A DNA stretch of 64,000 nt from Ectothiorhodospiraceae bacterium (GCA_019651095.1 BOXR01000001.1:224405-288404), one strand, 5' to 3'. Shown: positions 37,859-49,147, counted from the first letter of the stretch. Made by a program: numbers and translations. Notes: generated by a model not told the origin, from the sequence alone.

Positions 37859-38292
37859 GCGATAATAAAGTTCAATTCAATATTCAAAGAGTCTATTTGA
37901 AAGATCTTTCATTTGAGTCACCAATGACGCCAGACATTTTTACTAATTTATCATCATCTCCAAAGGTTGGTTTCAATTTTGAATCTAATATTAATGAATT
38001 AGCAAATGATATACATGAATTGACGCTTACATTTAATGTAAAAGCAGAAGTAGATGATAAGACCTTGTATTTAGTTGAGTTAAAACAATGCGGTGTTTTT
38101 CTAATCTCAACAGATGATGAAGATCTCAAAAAAAGATTCCTCAATGTCCACTGCTCTGAGATAGTATTTCCATATGCAAGAGAAAATATATCTAACATTA
38201 TACAAAAAGGCGGATTCCCTCCTTTATTCCTAAATCCAATAGACTTCCATACTATTTACCAAAACGAACTGGATAAAAGAAAAGATAATTAA
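37855..38292 (+). CDS. secB: protein-export chaperone SecB
   Basis: 145 aa. FNIQRVYLKDLSFESP and EIVFPYARENISNIIQKGGFPPLFLNPIDF. Confidence 0.93.
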   Translation: MSDNKVQFNIQRVYLKDLSFESPMTPDIFTNLSSSPKVGFNFESNINELANDIHELTLTFNVKAEVDDKTLYLVELKQCGVFLISTDDEDLKKRFLNVHCSEIVFPYARENISNIIQKGGFPPLFLNPIDFHTIYQNELDKRKDN

Positions 38293-39305
38293 TGACCACT
38301 AAATTCAGGGTGCTTGGTGCTGGCGTATGGGGGTTAGCCTTCTCAGATTATCTTTTGAACTTGGGTCATACTGTTGAAATATTTCGAAGAGATACAAGCC
38401 TAGAGAATGAGAGTATTCAACAACTCGGACTTAAGAACGTATCATCTAATCACATTAAATCTCTAGAGACTCTTAATGATCAAAAACATGATGATGAAAT
38501 AAATATCATTGCTGTTAACAGTAAAGGTTTTAGTGATCTTTTAAATAATTATGAGAACTACTTTAGTAGATTGACTGAGTTAGTATCACTTACAAAAGGC
38601 ATTGATCATCAAAGTGGTCAGTTATTTAGTAATTTTGTATTTGATAGATTTACAAATATACAAAAATATGGACTCATATCAGGTCCATCCTTCGCTAAGG
38701 ATTTATGTGATGGGAAAAGAATTATCGTATCGATTGCCTCTCTAGATGATGGTTTATGTAAGGCTATGTCTGAAGCAACTAGAAGTTCATATTTTCAGAT
38801 GACTCCAACAAAATATATCCGCCATATTGAAATAGCAGGAATCATCAAAAATATTGCTGCAATAATATGTGGAATGGCTGATGAATATTTTGACAAGGGT
38901 ATTCACACCAACAAAATTATCAAAAAGGCTTGTGAAGAGACATGGCAATTAGCATTAGGTCCATTTGGTGATTCTCAACCTAATGGATACCAAGATATAG
39001 TTGATAATCTTAATCAAGATAAAGATATAATTATTTCTTCTCCTGGTTATATAGGAGATATGATTTTAACCTGCAAACAAAATCAATCTCGCAACTATCA
39101 ATTTGGGAAGCTTATTGCAGATCAAAAGATAAGTATTGAAGATGCTAAAAATAGTATAGGAACGATCGAGGGCTATGAATGTTGCCATACTCTCATGAAG
39201 CATTCGAAACAGAGTGGTGATGGCTTGACAATGCTTTTGTATGAGATTTTAAAGTCTAAGTTTACAGAGCGTGAGGGACTACTCAAAGAATTTTTACAAA
39301 TCTAA
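38292..39305 (+). CDS. gpsA: NAD(P)H-dependent glycerol-3-phosphate dehydrogenase
   Basis: 337 aa. N-terminal VLGAGVWGLAF Rossmann motif, SGPSFAKD, and secB-gpsA synteny. Confidence 0.88.
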   Translation: MTTKFRVLGAGVWGLAFSDYLLNLGHTVEIFRRDTSLENESIQQLGLKNVSSNHIKSLETLNDQKHDDEINIIAVNSKGFSDLLNNYENYFSRLTELVSLTKGIDHQSGQLFSNFVFDRFTNIQKYGLISGPSFAKDLCDGKRIIVSIASLDDGLCKAMSEATRSSYFQMTPTKYIRHIEIAGIIKNIAAIICGMADEYFDKGIHTNKIIKKACEETWQLALGPFGDSQPNGYQDIVDNLNQDKDIIISSPGYIGDMILTCKQNQSRNYQFGKLIADQKISIEDAKNSIGTIEGYECCHTLMKHSKQSGDGLTMLLYEILKSKFTEREGLLKEFLQI

Positions 39306-40694
39306 TTCCTTTATTTTTCTTGTGATTGTATTTCGGCCCAAACCTAGAATTCTAGCGGCCTCGATTCGTTTTCCTTTACTTGCTGACAATGCTTCTTTTA
39401 GAAGTAGTTTCTCAAGCTCTCGAGAAAATACACTTAAATCATTACTATCTGAGAGTATACCTTTTATGTGACTTGATAAATTTTCCTCCCATGATGAGCC
39501 TGTATTCTCACTTCCATTTAAAGTTGTACTACTACTATTTGAACGTAAACTCCTAACTTCGTCTGGGACATCATCGACTGTGATGGTTGATGATGGAGCC
39601 ATGACTGTCATATATCTGCATATATTCTCAAGCTGTCTAATATTACCTGGCCAATCATATTTATTTAATAGTTCCATAGCAGCACTTTCTATAGTTTTAG
39701 AATCACTTTTAAGCTCCTCAGCACTTTTACTCAAGAAGTATTTTACAAGCTCATTTATATCCTCTTTCCTATTTCTGAGGGGAGGCAGCTCAATTCTAAA
39801 AACATTTAACCGATGATAGAGATCCTCTCGAAACTTACCCTCCTTAATTAAATTTTCTATGTCCTGATTCGTGGCAGCTATTATTCTAACATCTGATTTT
39901 ATTGGTTTCTGTCCACCTACTCTGTAAAACTCATAGCTAGATAAGACTCTAAGGAGTCTAGTTTGTAGTTCAGGATGCATATCTCCAATTTCATCGAGAA
40001 ACAAAGTTCCACCTAATGCTTGTTCAAACCTACCAATCCTTTGTGTTTGTGCACCTGTGAATGAACCTTTCTCATGACCAAACAGTTCACTTTCAAGTAA
40101 CTCGTGAGGAATCGCAGCAACATTTATCGCAACGAAAGGCTTATCACTCCGAGGACTATTAGTGTGCACTGACTGTGCTATGAGCTCCTTTCCTGTACCA
40201 GATTCACCCCTGATAAGCACAGTGATGTCTGTTTTTGAAATTTTACCTATAGCTTTGAACACATCCTGCATTGCATCAGCTTTTCCAACAATATTATTTT
40301 CTGTGTTGTTGGTTAAATCGGTGCTGTAATTGTTACTTGTTCGAGTTGCTTTGATGGCTAGTTTTCTTATTTCATTAATATCAAAAGGCTTTGTTAAATA
40401 TTCAAAAGCACCACCTTTGTAGGCTGAGAGAGCATTATCAATATTTGCATGTGCGGTAATGATTATTGTTGGTATTTCTGGAAATTTATCAGAGACTTTA
40501 TCTAGGAACTCTAACCCAGACATTCCAGGCATCTTTATATCTGTGATAATGAGGTCGGGCTGTGTTGAATTAAGCTCAAGTAATGCTTCTGACGCATTTG
40601 CAAATGATTCTACTGTGAAGAGATCCTCCAGTGCGCTCGTGCAGATAGTTCTTATACTCTCTTCATCATCAATTATCCAGATTTTAGGCATCAA
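39294..40694 (-). CDS. glnG: nitrogen regulation protein NR(I), sigma54-dependent response regulator NtrC
   Basis: 466 aa. Receiver domain ([21 protein letters not shown]). AAA+ sigma54-activator core ([14 protein letters not shown]-type [21 protein letters not shown]). C-terminal Fis-type [19 protein letters not shown]. Confidence 0.95.
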   Translation of the reverse strand: MMPKIWIIDDEESIRTICTSALEDLFTVESFANASEALLELNSTQPDLIITDIKMPGMSGLEFLDKVSDKFPEIPTIIITAHANIDNALSAYKGGAFEYLTKPFDINEIRKLAIKATRTSNNYSTDLTNNTENNIVGKADAMQDVFKAIGKISKTDITVLIRGESGTGKELIAQSVHTNSPRSDKPFVAINVAAIPHELLESELFGHEKGSFTGAQTQRIGRFEQALGGTLFLDEIGDMHPELQTRLLRVLSSYEFYRVGGQKPIKSDVRIIAATNQDIENLIKEGKFREDLYHRLNVFRIELPPLRNRKEDINELVKYFLSKSAEELKSDSKTIESAAMELLNKYDWPGNIRQLENICRYMTVMAPSSTITVDDVPDEVRSLRSNSSSTTLNGSENTGSSWEENLSSHIKGILSDSNDLSVFSRELEKLLLKEALSASKGKRIEAARILGLGRNTITRKIKELDL

Positions 40695-41766
40695 TTTTGC
40701 TCCTAATAGGAAGGACTATAGTAAAAGAAGTTTCCCTCTGCTTACTTGAACACTCAATGAGTCCAGAATTTTGCATTATAATAGATTGTGCAATTGTAAG
40801 TCCAAGCCCCATACCGCCTGTTTTTGTGCTTACCATTGGATAGAAAATTTCTTTTAATTTGTCTTCTGGAATACCAGGGCCATTATCAATTACACTAATT
40901 TTCGTAACTAGAGGGTAATAGTCGTTACCAATAGTATAACTTGGTTCCGTTCTTGTCCTAATTGTAATATTACCCTTAAACTCAAGAGCTTGGATAGAGT
41001 TTCTAACAAGGTTGATTAATGCCTGGATAAGTTGTTCCTTGTTTGTATTCACATCAGGGATACTAGGATCATAATCTTTTACGAAGTTAACATTCTTATT
41101 TTTTAGATCAAATTGAAAGAGATCTACCACATGTTCTGTAACTTCATGAATATTAATTGGCGATTTCTTGACTGAGGTCGCTGGTAATGCCATATCATTA
41201 AGAAGATTCACCAACCGCCCAGTTTCTTTTTTTATGATATCTGTAAATTTAGTGTAAGAATCATCTAAAGACTTTTCAAGAATCTGCGCCGCACCCAATA
41301 TACCGCCTAGTGGGTTTTTAATCTCATGAGATAGACCTTTTATCATTTCTCTAGTTGCTCTTTCTTGTTCAATAAGGTTCTGTTCAAGTGAAATACTGTG
41401 AAGTCTTCCCGTTTCAGTAAATTCAATCAAAGTTACCTCTTTATTGTCAAACCTCGATAGGGACAAATTACAATCTACAATCTTTTCATGACCTTCAAAG
41501 TTTTTGAACTTAAAATCTCTGATCATTTTTGAGTGCCTTTCCTGACGAATAGAATTTATGTGCTGCAAGAGATGTTGATGTCCTATGATAGATTTAAGAG
41601 ACGACAATTCAGGAAACTTACCACTAATACCAAGTAAATCTAATCCAGCAATATTGACAAAAAAGTAACTATTATCATCATTAAGAACAACAACTGCTGT
41701 TGAGATATTTTCAAGTATATCCAGAAGCAACTTTGAGTCTAATGCTATTTTGTCTTGTAATTCCAT
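40684..41766 (-). CDS. glnL: nitrogen regulation sensor histidine kinase NtrB (NR-II)
   Basis: PAS region, H-box GLSHEIKNPLGGI, N-box LINLVRNSIQA, G-boxes DNGPGI and GGMGLGL. Start placed at MELQDK (41766), because the longer ORF would overlap glnA. Confidence 0.92.
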   Translation of the reverse strand: MELQDKIALDSKLLLDILENISTAVVVLNDDNSYFFVNIAGLDLLGISGKFPELSSLKSIIGHQHLLQHINSIRQERHSKMIRDFKFKNFEGHEKIVDCNLSLSRFDNKEVTLIEFTETGRLHSISLEQNLIEQERATREMIKGLSHEIKNPLGGILGAAQILEKSLDDSYTKFTDIIKKETGRLVNLLNDMALPATSVKKSPINIHEVTEHVVDLFQFDLKNKNVNFVKDYDPSIPDVNTNKEQLIQALINLVRNSIQALEFKGNITIRTRTEPSYTIGNDYYPLVTKISVIDNGPGIPEDKLKEIFYPMVSTKTGGMGLGLTIAQSIIMQNSGLIECSSKQRETSFTIVLPIRSKIDA

Positions 41767-41806
41767 TTTTTTTGTATGCTGCCCAAGAAGGGCAGCATAT
41801 GTTTTT

Positions 41807-43219
41807 TTATAGACTATAGTACATTTCAAATTCACATGGATGAGTTGATTGTCTTAATCTTTGTACTTCATCCATTTTCAGATCAATATACGAGTCAATC
41901 ATGTTGTTAGTGAACACATCACCAGCGTTTAAAAATGCTCTATCTTTATCAAGTGCATCAAGAGCAACATCAAGACCAGGTGCAACAGTTGGAAGGAGCG
42001 CTTCTTCTTCCCTACTAATTGCAAATAAGTCTTTATCCATAGATGGACCTGGATCAATTTGATTTTTTATACCATCTAGACCGGCCATCATCATTGCTGA
42101 GAAAGCAAGATATGGATTTGCAGTTGAGTCCGGGAACCTAACTTCAATCCTTCTTGCTTTATCGCTCATGACATATGGAATTCTTATTGATGCGGATCTG
42201 TTCCTTGCTGAGTAAGTTAATATCACAGGAGCTTCAAAACCAGGAATCAATCTTTTGTAACTGTTAGTAGATGCATTAGTAAATGCATTTAGAGCCCTAG
42301 CATGTTTGATTATTCCGCCTATATACCAAAGCGCTTCTTGTGATAAGTTGCCGTATTTGTCACCGGCAAAAATATTTTTGCCATCTTTGGATAATGACTG
42401 GTGAACATGCATACCTGTTCCATTGTCACCAACTACAGGTTTAGGCATGAAGGTAGCTGTTTTACCAAAAGCATGTGCAACATTTTGAACTACATACTTA
42501 TACTTTTGTACTTCGTCAGCTTTTTTAACAAGCGTGTTAAATAAAGTACCAATTTCACATTGTCCTGCAGTTGCAACCTCATGGTGATGAACTTCACATT
42601 GAACACCAACCTCATGTAATGTGGTTATCATTGCAGATCTACAGTCTTGAAGGGCGTCGACTGGTGGTACAGGAAAATATCCTCCTTTAACACCAGGTCT
42701 ATGTCCCATGTTACCATCTTCATATGTCTTACCACTATTCCAGATTGCCTCAGATGAGTCTACTTTGAAGAAGCAACTACCAATTGTATCTTCAAATTTA
42801 ACATCATCGAAAACAAAGAATTCATTTTCAGGTCCAAAATATGCTGTATCAGCAACACCTGAGTCAATCAAATATTTTTCTGCTTTTTTAGCAATCCCTC
42901 TAGGATCTTTTTCATATATGGAACCATCTGAAGGTTCAATGACATCACATGTAACATTAATAGTAGGTTCATCGTAAAAAGGATCAACAAAGGCTGTAGT
43001 AGTATCAGGCATAAGTATCATGTCTGATTCATTAATATCCTTCCAGCCTGCAATAGATGAACCATCAAACATTTTGCCTTCTGAACAGTCAGTTTCTATT
43101 CCCTCTTCAGAAGCTGTTACAGTGACATGTTGCTCCTTACCTTGGGTGTTTGTAAATCTATAATCGATGAATTTTGCTTCTTTTTCATCGACTAGTTTCT
43201 TAATATCATTTGCACTCAT
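41807..43219 (-). CDS. glnA: glutamine synthetase type I
   Basis: About 470 aa. [35 protein letters not shown], and adenylylation-loop region KDLFAI... Start at MSAND (43219), preceded by a GAGGA RBS. Confidence 0.97.
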   Translation of the reverse strand: MSANDIKKLVDEKEAKFIDYRFTNTQGKEQHVTVTASEEGIETDCSEGKMFDGSSIAGWKDINESDMILMPDTTTAFVDPFYDEPTINVTCDVIEPSDGSIYEKDPRGIAKKAEKYLIDSGVADTAYFGPENEFFVFDDVKFEDTIGSCFFKVDSSEAIWNSGKTYEDGNMGHRPGVKGGYFPVPPVDALQDCRSAMITTLHEVGVQCEVHHHEVATAGQCEIGTLFNTLVKKADEVQKYKYVVQNVAHAFGKTATFMPKPVVGDNGTGMHVHQSLSKDGKNIFAGDKYGNLSQEALWYIGGIIKHARALNAFTNASTNSYKRLIPGFEAPVILTYSARNRSASIRIPYVMSDKARRIEVRFPDSTANPYLAFSAMMMAGLDGIKNQIDPGPSMDKDLFAISREEEALLPTVAPGLDVALDALDKDRAFLNAGDVFTNNMIDSYIDLKMDEVQRLRQSTHPCEFEMYYSL

Positions 43220-43259
43220 TTTATTCCTCACTAGTGATTTTTATTTGCATTGTTAAATC

Positions 43260-43275
43260 TGCATTAATCGTGCCA
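43260..43275 (-). promoter_or_regulatory. sigma54 (-24/-12) promoter of glnA
   Basis: The minus strand reads TGGCACGATTAATGCA, i.e. TGGCAC-N5-(A)TGCA with canonical GG/GC spacing. It sits 41-56 nt upstream of the glnA ATG, in an operon that encodes the cognate activator NtrC. Confidence 0.75.
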
Positions 43276-43321
43276 TACCACTAACTATGTTTTTTTCATG
43301 GATGTTCTAAATTGTATCATA

Positions 43322-43371
43322 TAGTGCACTAAATATGAACATATTATGATCTATATAAGTGCATATGCACT
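43322..43371. promoter_or_regulatory. two TGCAC-containing palindromes, candidate NtrC enhancer sites
   Basis: TAGTGCACTA (43322-43331) and AGTGCATATGCACT (43358-43371) lie 50-110 bp upstream of the sigma54 promoter. NtrC half-sites contain TGCAC, but the spacing differs from the E. coli TGCACC-N5-GGTGCA consensus. Confidence 0.35.
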
Positions 43372-43475
43372 ATTTTAAGGAAATGCATGATACTTTAAAT
43401 TTATGCGAAATATCTAAAAATCTTATGCTTATAAAGCTTATAGAAGTATAATTTCAATATTCCCAAGGAGAAGAT

Positions 43476-44831
43476 TTGGCACAACATACTATGGAAGATT
43501 TGGTAGCTCTCTGCAAAAGAAGAGGCTTTATTTTTCAATCAAATGAGATTTATGGAGGCATTCAAGGATTATATGACTATGGCCCATTAGGCGTAGAATT
43601 AAAAAATAATCTTAAAAATGCTTGGTGGAAATCGACAGTATATAACAGAGATGATGTAGAAGGTCTCGACACTTCTATTCTTACTCATCCTGATGTCCTT
43701 AAATATTCAGGACACCAAGATACCTTCACTGATCCTCTAGTTGACTGCAAAAGCTGTGGTCTGAGGTTTAGAGAAGATCAAATACCTGAGCAGTGTATAG
43801 GTGAGGAATTAACTGATCCAAGAGAATTTAATCTGATGTTTGAGACCAGCGTTGGCCCTATCGTAGATGATTCATCTGTTGCATATTTACGACCAGAGAC
43901 CGCACAACAAATTTACATTAACTTTAAAAACGTCATTGATAGTACATCTAGATCATTACCGTTTGGTATTGCTCAAATTGGAAAGTCATTTAGAAATGAA
44001 ATCACACCAAGGAACTTTATCTTTAGAGTTCGCGAGTTTGAACAAATGGAGCTTGAGTTTTTTGTCACTCCTGGTGAAGATGATAAATGGCATAAAATAT
44101 GGGTTGATGAGAGAGTCAAATGGTGGATTGATCAGGGATACCAAAAGAAAAACTTGAACTTCTCACTGTAACGGGCGACGACCTAGCACATTATTCTAAG
44201 GCAACTGTTGATATTATGTATCAATTTCCACATGGCTCAGAAGAGCTTGAGGGTATTGCAAATAGAACAGATTTTGACCTTGGCTCTCATACTAAAAATC
44301 AGAAAGAACTTAACATAAATGCAAATGTCATGGAAAATAAAGACTCTAATACACGTTTAGCCTATACAGAATGAAAATAATGAATGGATAGTTCCATACG
44401 TAATTGAGCCTTCAGCAGGCGTAGATAGGGGAGTATTAGCAATTATAAATGAGGCTTTTACTATCGAGACTCTTCCAGACAATAAAAAAAGAACTGTGTT
44501 GAAATTAAAAAAACATCTCTCGCCAATTAAAGCTGCGGTTATACCTTTAAAAAGAAACAATGAGGATCTTGTGAAGCTTGCTCATGACATTAAGAAATCA
44601 TTGCAAAAGTATCAAATCGGGAGAGTTGTAGTTGAGAACACAGGAAACATTGGTAAAAGTTATAGAAAACATGATGAGATTGGGACTCCATTATGTATGA
44701 CGATAGACTTTGATTCTTTGGAAAAAAATACATTGACAATTAGAGATCGTGATTCAATGGATCAGAAAACTATAAAAATAGATGATGTAGAACATTTTTT
44801 TATTAATTATTTTTCAGATGAATCAGAGTAA
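43476..44831 (+). CDS. glyQS: glycine--tRNA ligase, homodimeric alpha2 (GlyQS) type; at least two frameshifts (~44135 and ~44375)
   Basis: N-terminus [65 protein letters not shown] (class II motif 2). Shifted pieces read [55 protein letters not shown] and the anticodon-binding [11 protein letters not shown]... Total length is about 452 codons. The start is either TTG 43476 or ATG 43491. Confidence 0.9.
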
Positions 44832-45377
44832 GTTCATAATTTTAGATCGTGATGGGGTGATCAACCAGGACTCATCAGCTTATGTAAAGACACCTGATGA
44901 GTGGGTTCCAATTGAAAGGAGTATGGAGGCAATTTCATTGCTTACAAAAAATTCATATAAAATTATTCTCATATCAAATCAAGCAGGAATAAGCAGGGGA
45001 ATAATCAGTTACAATGAAATGCTCAATATTCATCAGAAGCTTTTGAAAACATGTAACAAATTTGGAGGTGATATTTTTTCAACTTATTACTGTTATGACC
45101 ACCCGGATGACAACTCATCATTTAGGAAGCCTAAACCTGGTATGTATCTAGAAATATCAGAGAGATTAAATATCGATCTATCAGAGTATTTGCAATAGGG
45201 GACTCTATTCGCGACATAAAAGCAGCACTCGCTTCTGGATGTAAACCATTAGGTGTTAAAACAGGAAATGGCAGTGAGCTATCTAAATGAAATACCTGAT
45301 TTAGATATTTTTGACGATCTATTTGATGCTGTTCAATTTGTTGTCGAAAATGATAAACAATATATTCTTAATATTTA
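44818..45377 (+). CDS. gmhB: D,D-heptose 1,7-bisphosphate phosphatase-like HAD-IIIA hydrolase; two frameshifts (~45195, ~45290)
   Basis: FIILDRDGVIN (HAD motif I), ISNQAGI (motif II), RKPKPGM. Shifted continuations read GDSIRDIKAALASGCKPLGVKTGNG (motif III/IV) and ..DLFDAVQFVVEN..*. Confidence 0.8.
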
Positions 45378-46037
45378 GATCAGTTTCTTTTTGGCTTAAT
45401 CTAGTTATTTCAGTTTTATTGTTTGGGCCTATTGCGTTCTTTATCTGGCATTGTGTCATATAGTGTGTGTTTAAAAATAAGTAAATTATGGTGCAGGTAT
45501 AATCTATATTTCTTAAAATTATTTTGCTCACTGTCTTACACATACGACGGACCTTGGGTTAACTCCTCTCAGCTTATAATCTCTAAACATCAATCTGCAT
45601 GGGAGACTCTGTTCCTTGCAGCGTATGCTGAAAAACCAATTTTCATCTTAAAAAAGGAACTACTAAGGATACCGCTATTTGGATGGTGTCTTTTTTTGTT
45701 GAAAAATATAGCGATAGACCGGTCTGATGGAGTGACAGCACTGAAAAAAATAATGAATTCATGTAATGAGCATATAGCCAATAAAAGGACTTTAATTATT
45801 TTTCCAGAGGGCACGAGAGTACCTTACGGGCAAACAGGCACAATCAAAAAGGGTATTTTTAAAATTATTGAATCTTTGAAGATTACATCTTTAGTTTTGA
45901 ATCATGATGCAGGCAAGTATTGGAGTAGAGACTCATTTATAATTAAACCAGGAAGTATTGCTATCAAAACATTAAGCTTAGACTACACCGCAAAAGCTGA
46001 TAATCTAAACACTATAATTAGAGAACACTTTAACTGA
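45350..46037 (+). CDS. plsC: 1-acyl-sn-glycerol-3-phosphate acyltransferase; one frameshift near 45455
   Basis: Acyltransferase block I KHQSAWETLF and block III IFPEGTR. The N-terminal TM piece MINNIFLIFRSVSFWLNLVISVLLFGPIAFFIW is in another frame. Confidence 0.82.
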
Positions 46038-46047
46038 TGTCTTTATG

Positions 46048-47076
46048 TTATGGTGCCGGATTAGGTTGGTTCTCATGTACCTGATTAATCTCTTCAATAA
46101 TTTCATCACTTAAATTTATATCAACAGATTCAATATTTTCTTTGAGCTGTTCCATAGTTGTAGCGCCAATAATATTAGAAGTCACAAAAGGCTGTAAATT
46201 TACGAATGCAAGCGACAAATGAGTTAGTGATAAGTCATGATTTTTCGCAATTGCCGCATATTGTTTGACAGCATTAAGGCACCTTTCATTACTGTATCGA
46301 GTGAACCAATCGCCGTATAGACCAAGTCGGGAGTGTTTATCAGTCTTGTCGATATACTTACCAGTTAGTTGACCAAAACCAAGAGGTGAGTAAGCAAGCA
46401 ATCCAACATTTTCATGTTGTGAAATTTCAGCTAATCCCACTTCATATATCCTATTCAGTAACGAATAGGGGTTTTGTATGGAGACGATTTTTTCAAAACC
46501 TTTTTCTCTTGCTAACTCTAAATATTTTTTTGTTCCCCATGGAGTCTCATTAGAAATACCGATGTAGCGTACTTTACCTGATTTAACTAATTCGGACATC
46601 GCTTCAAGCGTCTCCTCAATTGGAACACCCATATCTTCAGTATATTGGTATCCTAGCCTCCCAAAATAATTAGATTTTCTCTCTGGCCAGTGAACTTGGT
46701 ATAGGTCGATATAATCAGTCTTTAGTCTTTTCAACGACTCGTCTATAGCTTGAAATATGCTTTTCTTATCTAGTCGAGAACCTCCTCGTAAATATTCCAT
46801 ACCAGGACCGGCAACTTTAGTTGCTACAATAATTTTCTCACGATCACTTCTTGTTGATAACCAAGTTCCAATGATTTCTTCAGTTCTTCCTTGAGTTTCC
46901 TCTTTTGGGGGAATTGCATACATCTCTGCTGTATCAATAAAGTTTACACCCTCTGATAGAGAGTAATCTAATTGTTCATGTGCTTCGCGTTCATTATTTT
47001 GTTCACCATACGTCATGGTCCCTAAACATATAAGGCTGACACTCAAGTCTGTATTAGATAATTTTTTATATTTCAT
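46048..47076 (-). CDS. NADP-dependent aldo/keto reductase (Tas/YajO-like)
   Basis: 342 aa. LGTMTYGEQ, FIDTAEMY, DLYQVHWP, GISNETPWG, and a C-terminal AKR signature region. Confidence 0.88.
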   Translation of the reverse strand: MKYKKLSNTDLSVSLICLGTMTYGEQNNEREAHEQLDYSLSEGVNFIDTAEMYAIPPKEETQGRTEEIIGTWLSTRSDREKIIVATKVAGPGMEYLRGGSRLDKKSIFQAIDESLKRLKTDYIDLYQVHWPERKSNYFGRLGYQYTEDMGVPIEETLEAMSELVKSGKVRYIGISNETPWGTKKYLELAREKGFEKIVSIQNPYSLLNRIYEVGLAEISQHENVGLLAYSPLGFGQLTGKYIDKTDKHSRLGLYGDWFTRYSNERCLNAVKQYAAIAKNHDLSLTHLSLAFVNLQPFVTSNIIGATTMEQLKENIESVDINLSDEIIEEINQVHENQPNPAP

Positions 47077-47158
47077 AAATTTAATTATAAGTCTTGTGTT
47101 ACATTTCTAGTGATATAATAAATACATGTTCACAAAACATTCTTGTAAAAAATTCATT

Positions 47159-48573
47159 ATGTTTATATTATACCGACTTAACAGAGTCCAGAAGAGGTTT
47201 TAAACATCAATTACATTATTTATATCAGATCTCTAGCACTCAATTTTGCTTCTTGGCTGCCTGACGCACTCTCAAAAAAAGAATATATTACAAGAGACGT
47301 AATTGCTGGAACAACCATCGCTATGATTATTATTCCACAATCTATGGCATATGCGTCATTAGCAAACCTTGATCCCGTTTATGGATTATATGCATCTTTT
47401 ATTCCTGTTGCAGTTGCTGCATTCTTTGGTTCTTCGAGGTATCTTGCTACCGGGCCAGTTGCAATGGTAAGCCTATTGACTGCTGTTGCTGTGTCATCGT
47501 TGACGTATGGTGATCAGACAATGTATATTTCTTTTGCAGTAATGCTAGCCCTGAGTGTTGGCATCTTCCAAGTAGCCCTCTCTCTAGCAAAAGCAGGCAA
47601 GTTTATTGATATCGTTTTGAAAGAACATGTGATACTTGGCTTTACTTCAGCAGCAGCATTAATCATTGCAAGTTCTCAATTAAGTAAAGTTTTTGGTTTT
47701 GATAAAGTCCTACTCAGCGATTTACTGGAGATAAGTACTTTCCTAGAACAAACACCAATAAATTTCTATGCTGTATTAATGTCACTAACTGCACTGATAG
47801 TTTTATATATTCTTAAAAATAAGTTAACCAAGTATCAATTCTTCGGGAACATAGCAGTGCTTACTGCTGTTATAGTGACGATAATTATTTCTAAATTTAC
47901 CAGTTATCAAGGGCCAATAGTGGGCACAATACCCGAGGGTCTTCCTAGATTCTCATTCAATGGATTTGACATTAGTCCAGACTTAATATTTATGTTTATT
48001 ATTCACACAGTAATTATAAGCTTTGTTGGGTTTATGGAAGCCATAGCGATTGCCAGACAGTTAGAACAAAAAGAGCCTATTAAGAACTCAAAAGGTATCG
48101 AAATGTATAAATATCCAACACCTGTAAATTCTAATCAAGAGTTACTTGGTCAAGGTCTTGGTAACATTGCATCTAGTGTTTCAGGTTCTTACCCTGTGTC
48201 TGGTTCATTTTCAAGATCGGCAGTAAATGAATCTGTAGGATCGTATAGTCCGATATCATCAATTACTACAACTATAATCGTAATGATTACTTTGTTATAC
48301 GCAACACCACTCTTATTTAATTTACCTGAAGCGACATTAGGAATAATAGTCATTTTTGCTGTTCTTCCACTCATTAAGATCAAAAAAATGAGAGAGCTGC
48401 TAGCCAATAATTCAGAAAAAGGATTAGTATGTTGGATTACTTTTTTGAGTACGCTGTTATTCCCAATACTCTCAATAGAATTATTCTCTGGTATCAATAC
48501 TCACATATGGACAGGTATTATTTTTGGATTTTTGATGTCACTAATGATTGAGAAAACAAAAACTAGTTCTTGA
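47159..48573 (+). CDS. SulP-family anion transporter, transmembrane core only (no STAS domain); probable frameshift near 47190
   Basis: The in-frame region upstream of the ORF-track start reads ..FASWLPDALSKKEYITRDVIAGTTIAMIIIPQSMAYASLANLDPVYGLYAS, the SulP N-terminal signature. The only usable ATG (47159) is in another frame. The protein ends about 20 aa after the last TM. Confidence 0.8.
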
Positions 48574-49147
48574 AATAGATTAGATCAAAGATAAAGTTTC
48601 TTTTTTTGATGCCTTTAACTTCATACTTTGTAACTGGTCTGAAACCTCTATGCTTTGAAAATTCAATATCTTTAGAGGATGCTTTTTCAATAATACGTTT
48701 AGCTTGAAAAGCATAATTTATATTGTCAGAGGCAAAGTGAAAGAATCCATCTCTTTTGAGGATACGATCTATGATCTTAAAAGTGTATTCGCTAAATAGT
48801 CTCCGTTTTCTATGTTTAACTTTCTGCCATGGATCTGGGAAAAGCATATAAATTTGCGAAATTTTGTTGTCGTCAAATTTCTCAATTATCTCAGCTGCAT
48901 CTCCATATTCCACTGGTATTTTCTCTGCCATCAACTTCTTAACACCGGGTTTATATGCCTCTATTCCACAAACAACATGTTCAGAGAATATTTCATTAAG
49001 CGCCATGGTTGACTCTCCAGTTCCAAAGCCGATATCTAAGATAACATCGTCTGATTGATTTGTAGCATCTAATATTGAAGTAGATGTTAAGTGTATATTT
49101 TGGAATTTCCTTGATCTAAATGACTTGTAATATACTGGTCTAGTCAT
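48563..49147 (-). CDS. trmB: tRNA (guanine46-N7)-methyltransferase
   Basis: 194 aa. SAM motif [10 protein letters not shown] and the family signature [16 protein letters not shown]. Confidence 0.9.
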   Translation of the reverse strand: MTRPVYYKSFRSRKFQNIHLTSTSILDATNQSDDVILDIGFGTGESTMALNEIFSEHVVCGIEAYKPGVKKLMAEKIPVEYGDAAEIIEKFDDNKISQIYMLFPDPWQKVKHRKRRLFSEYTFKIIDRILKRDGFFHFASDNINYAFQAKRIIEKASSKDIEFSKHRGFRPVTKYEVKGIKKRNFIFDLIYFKN

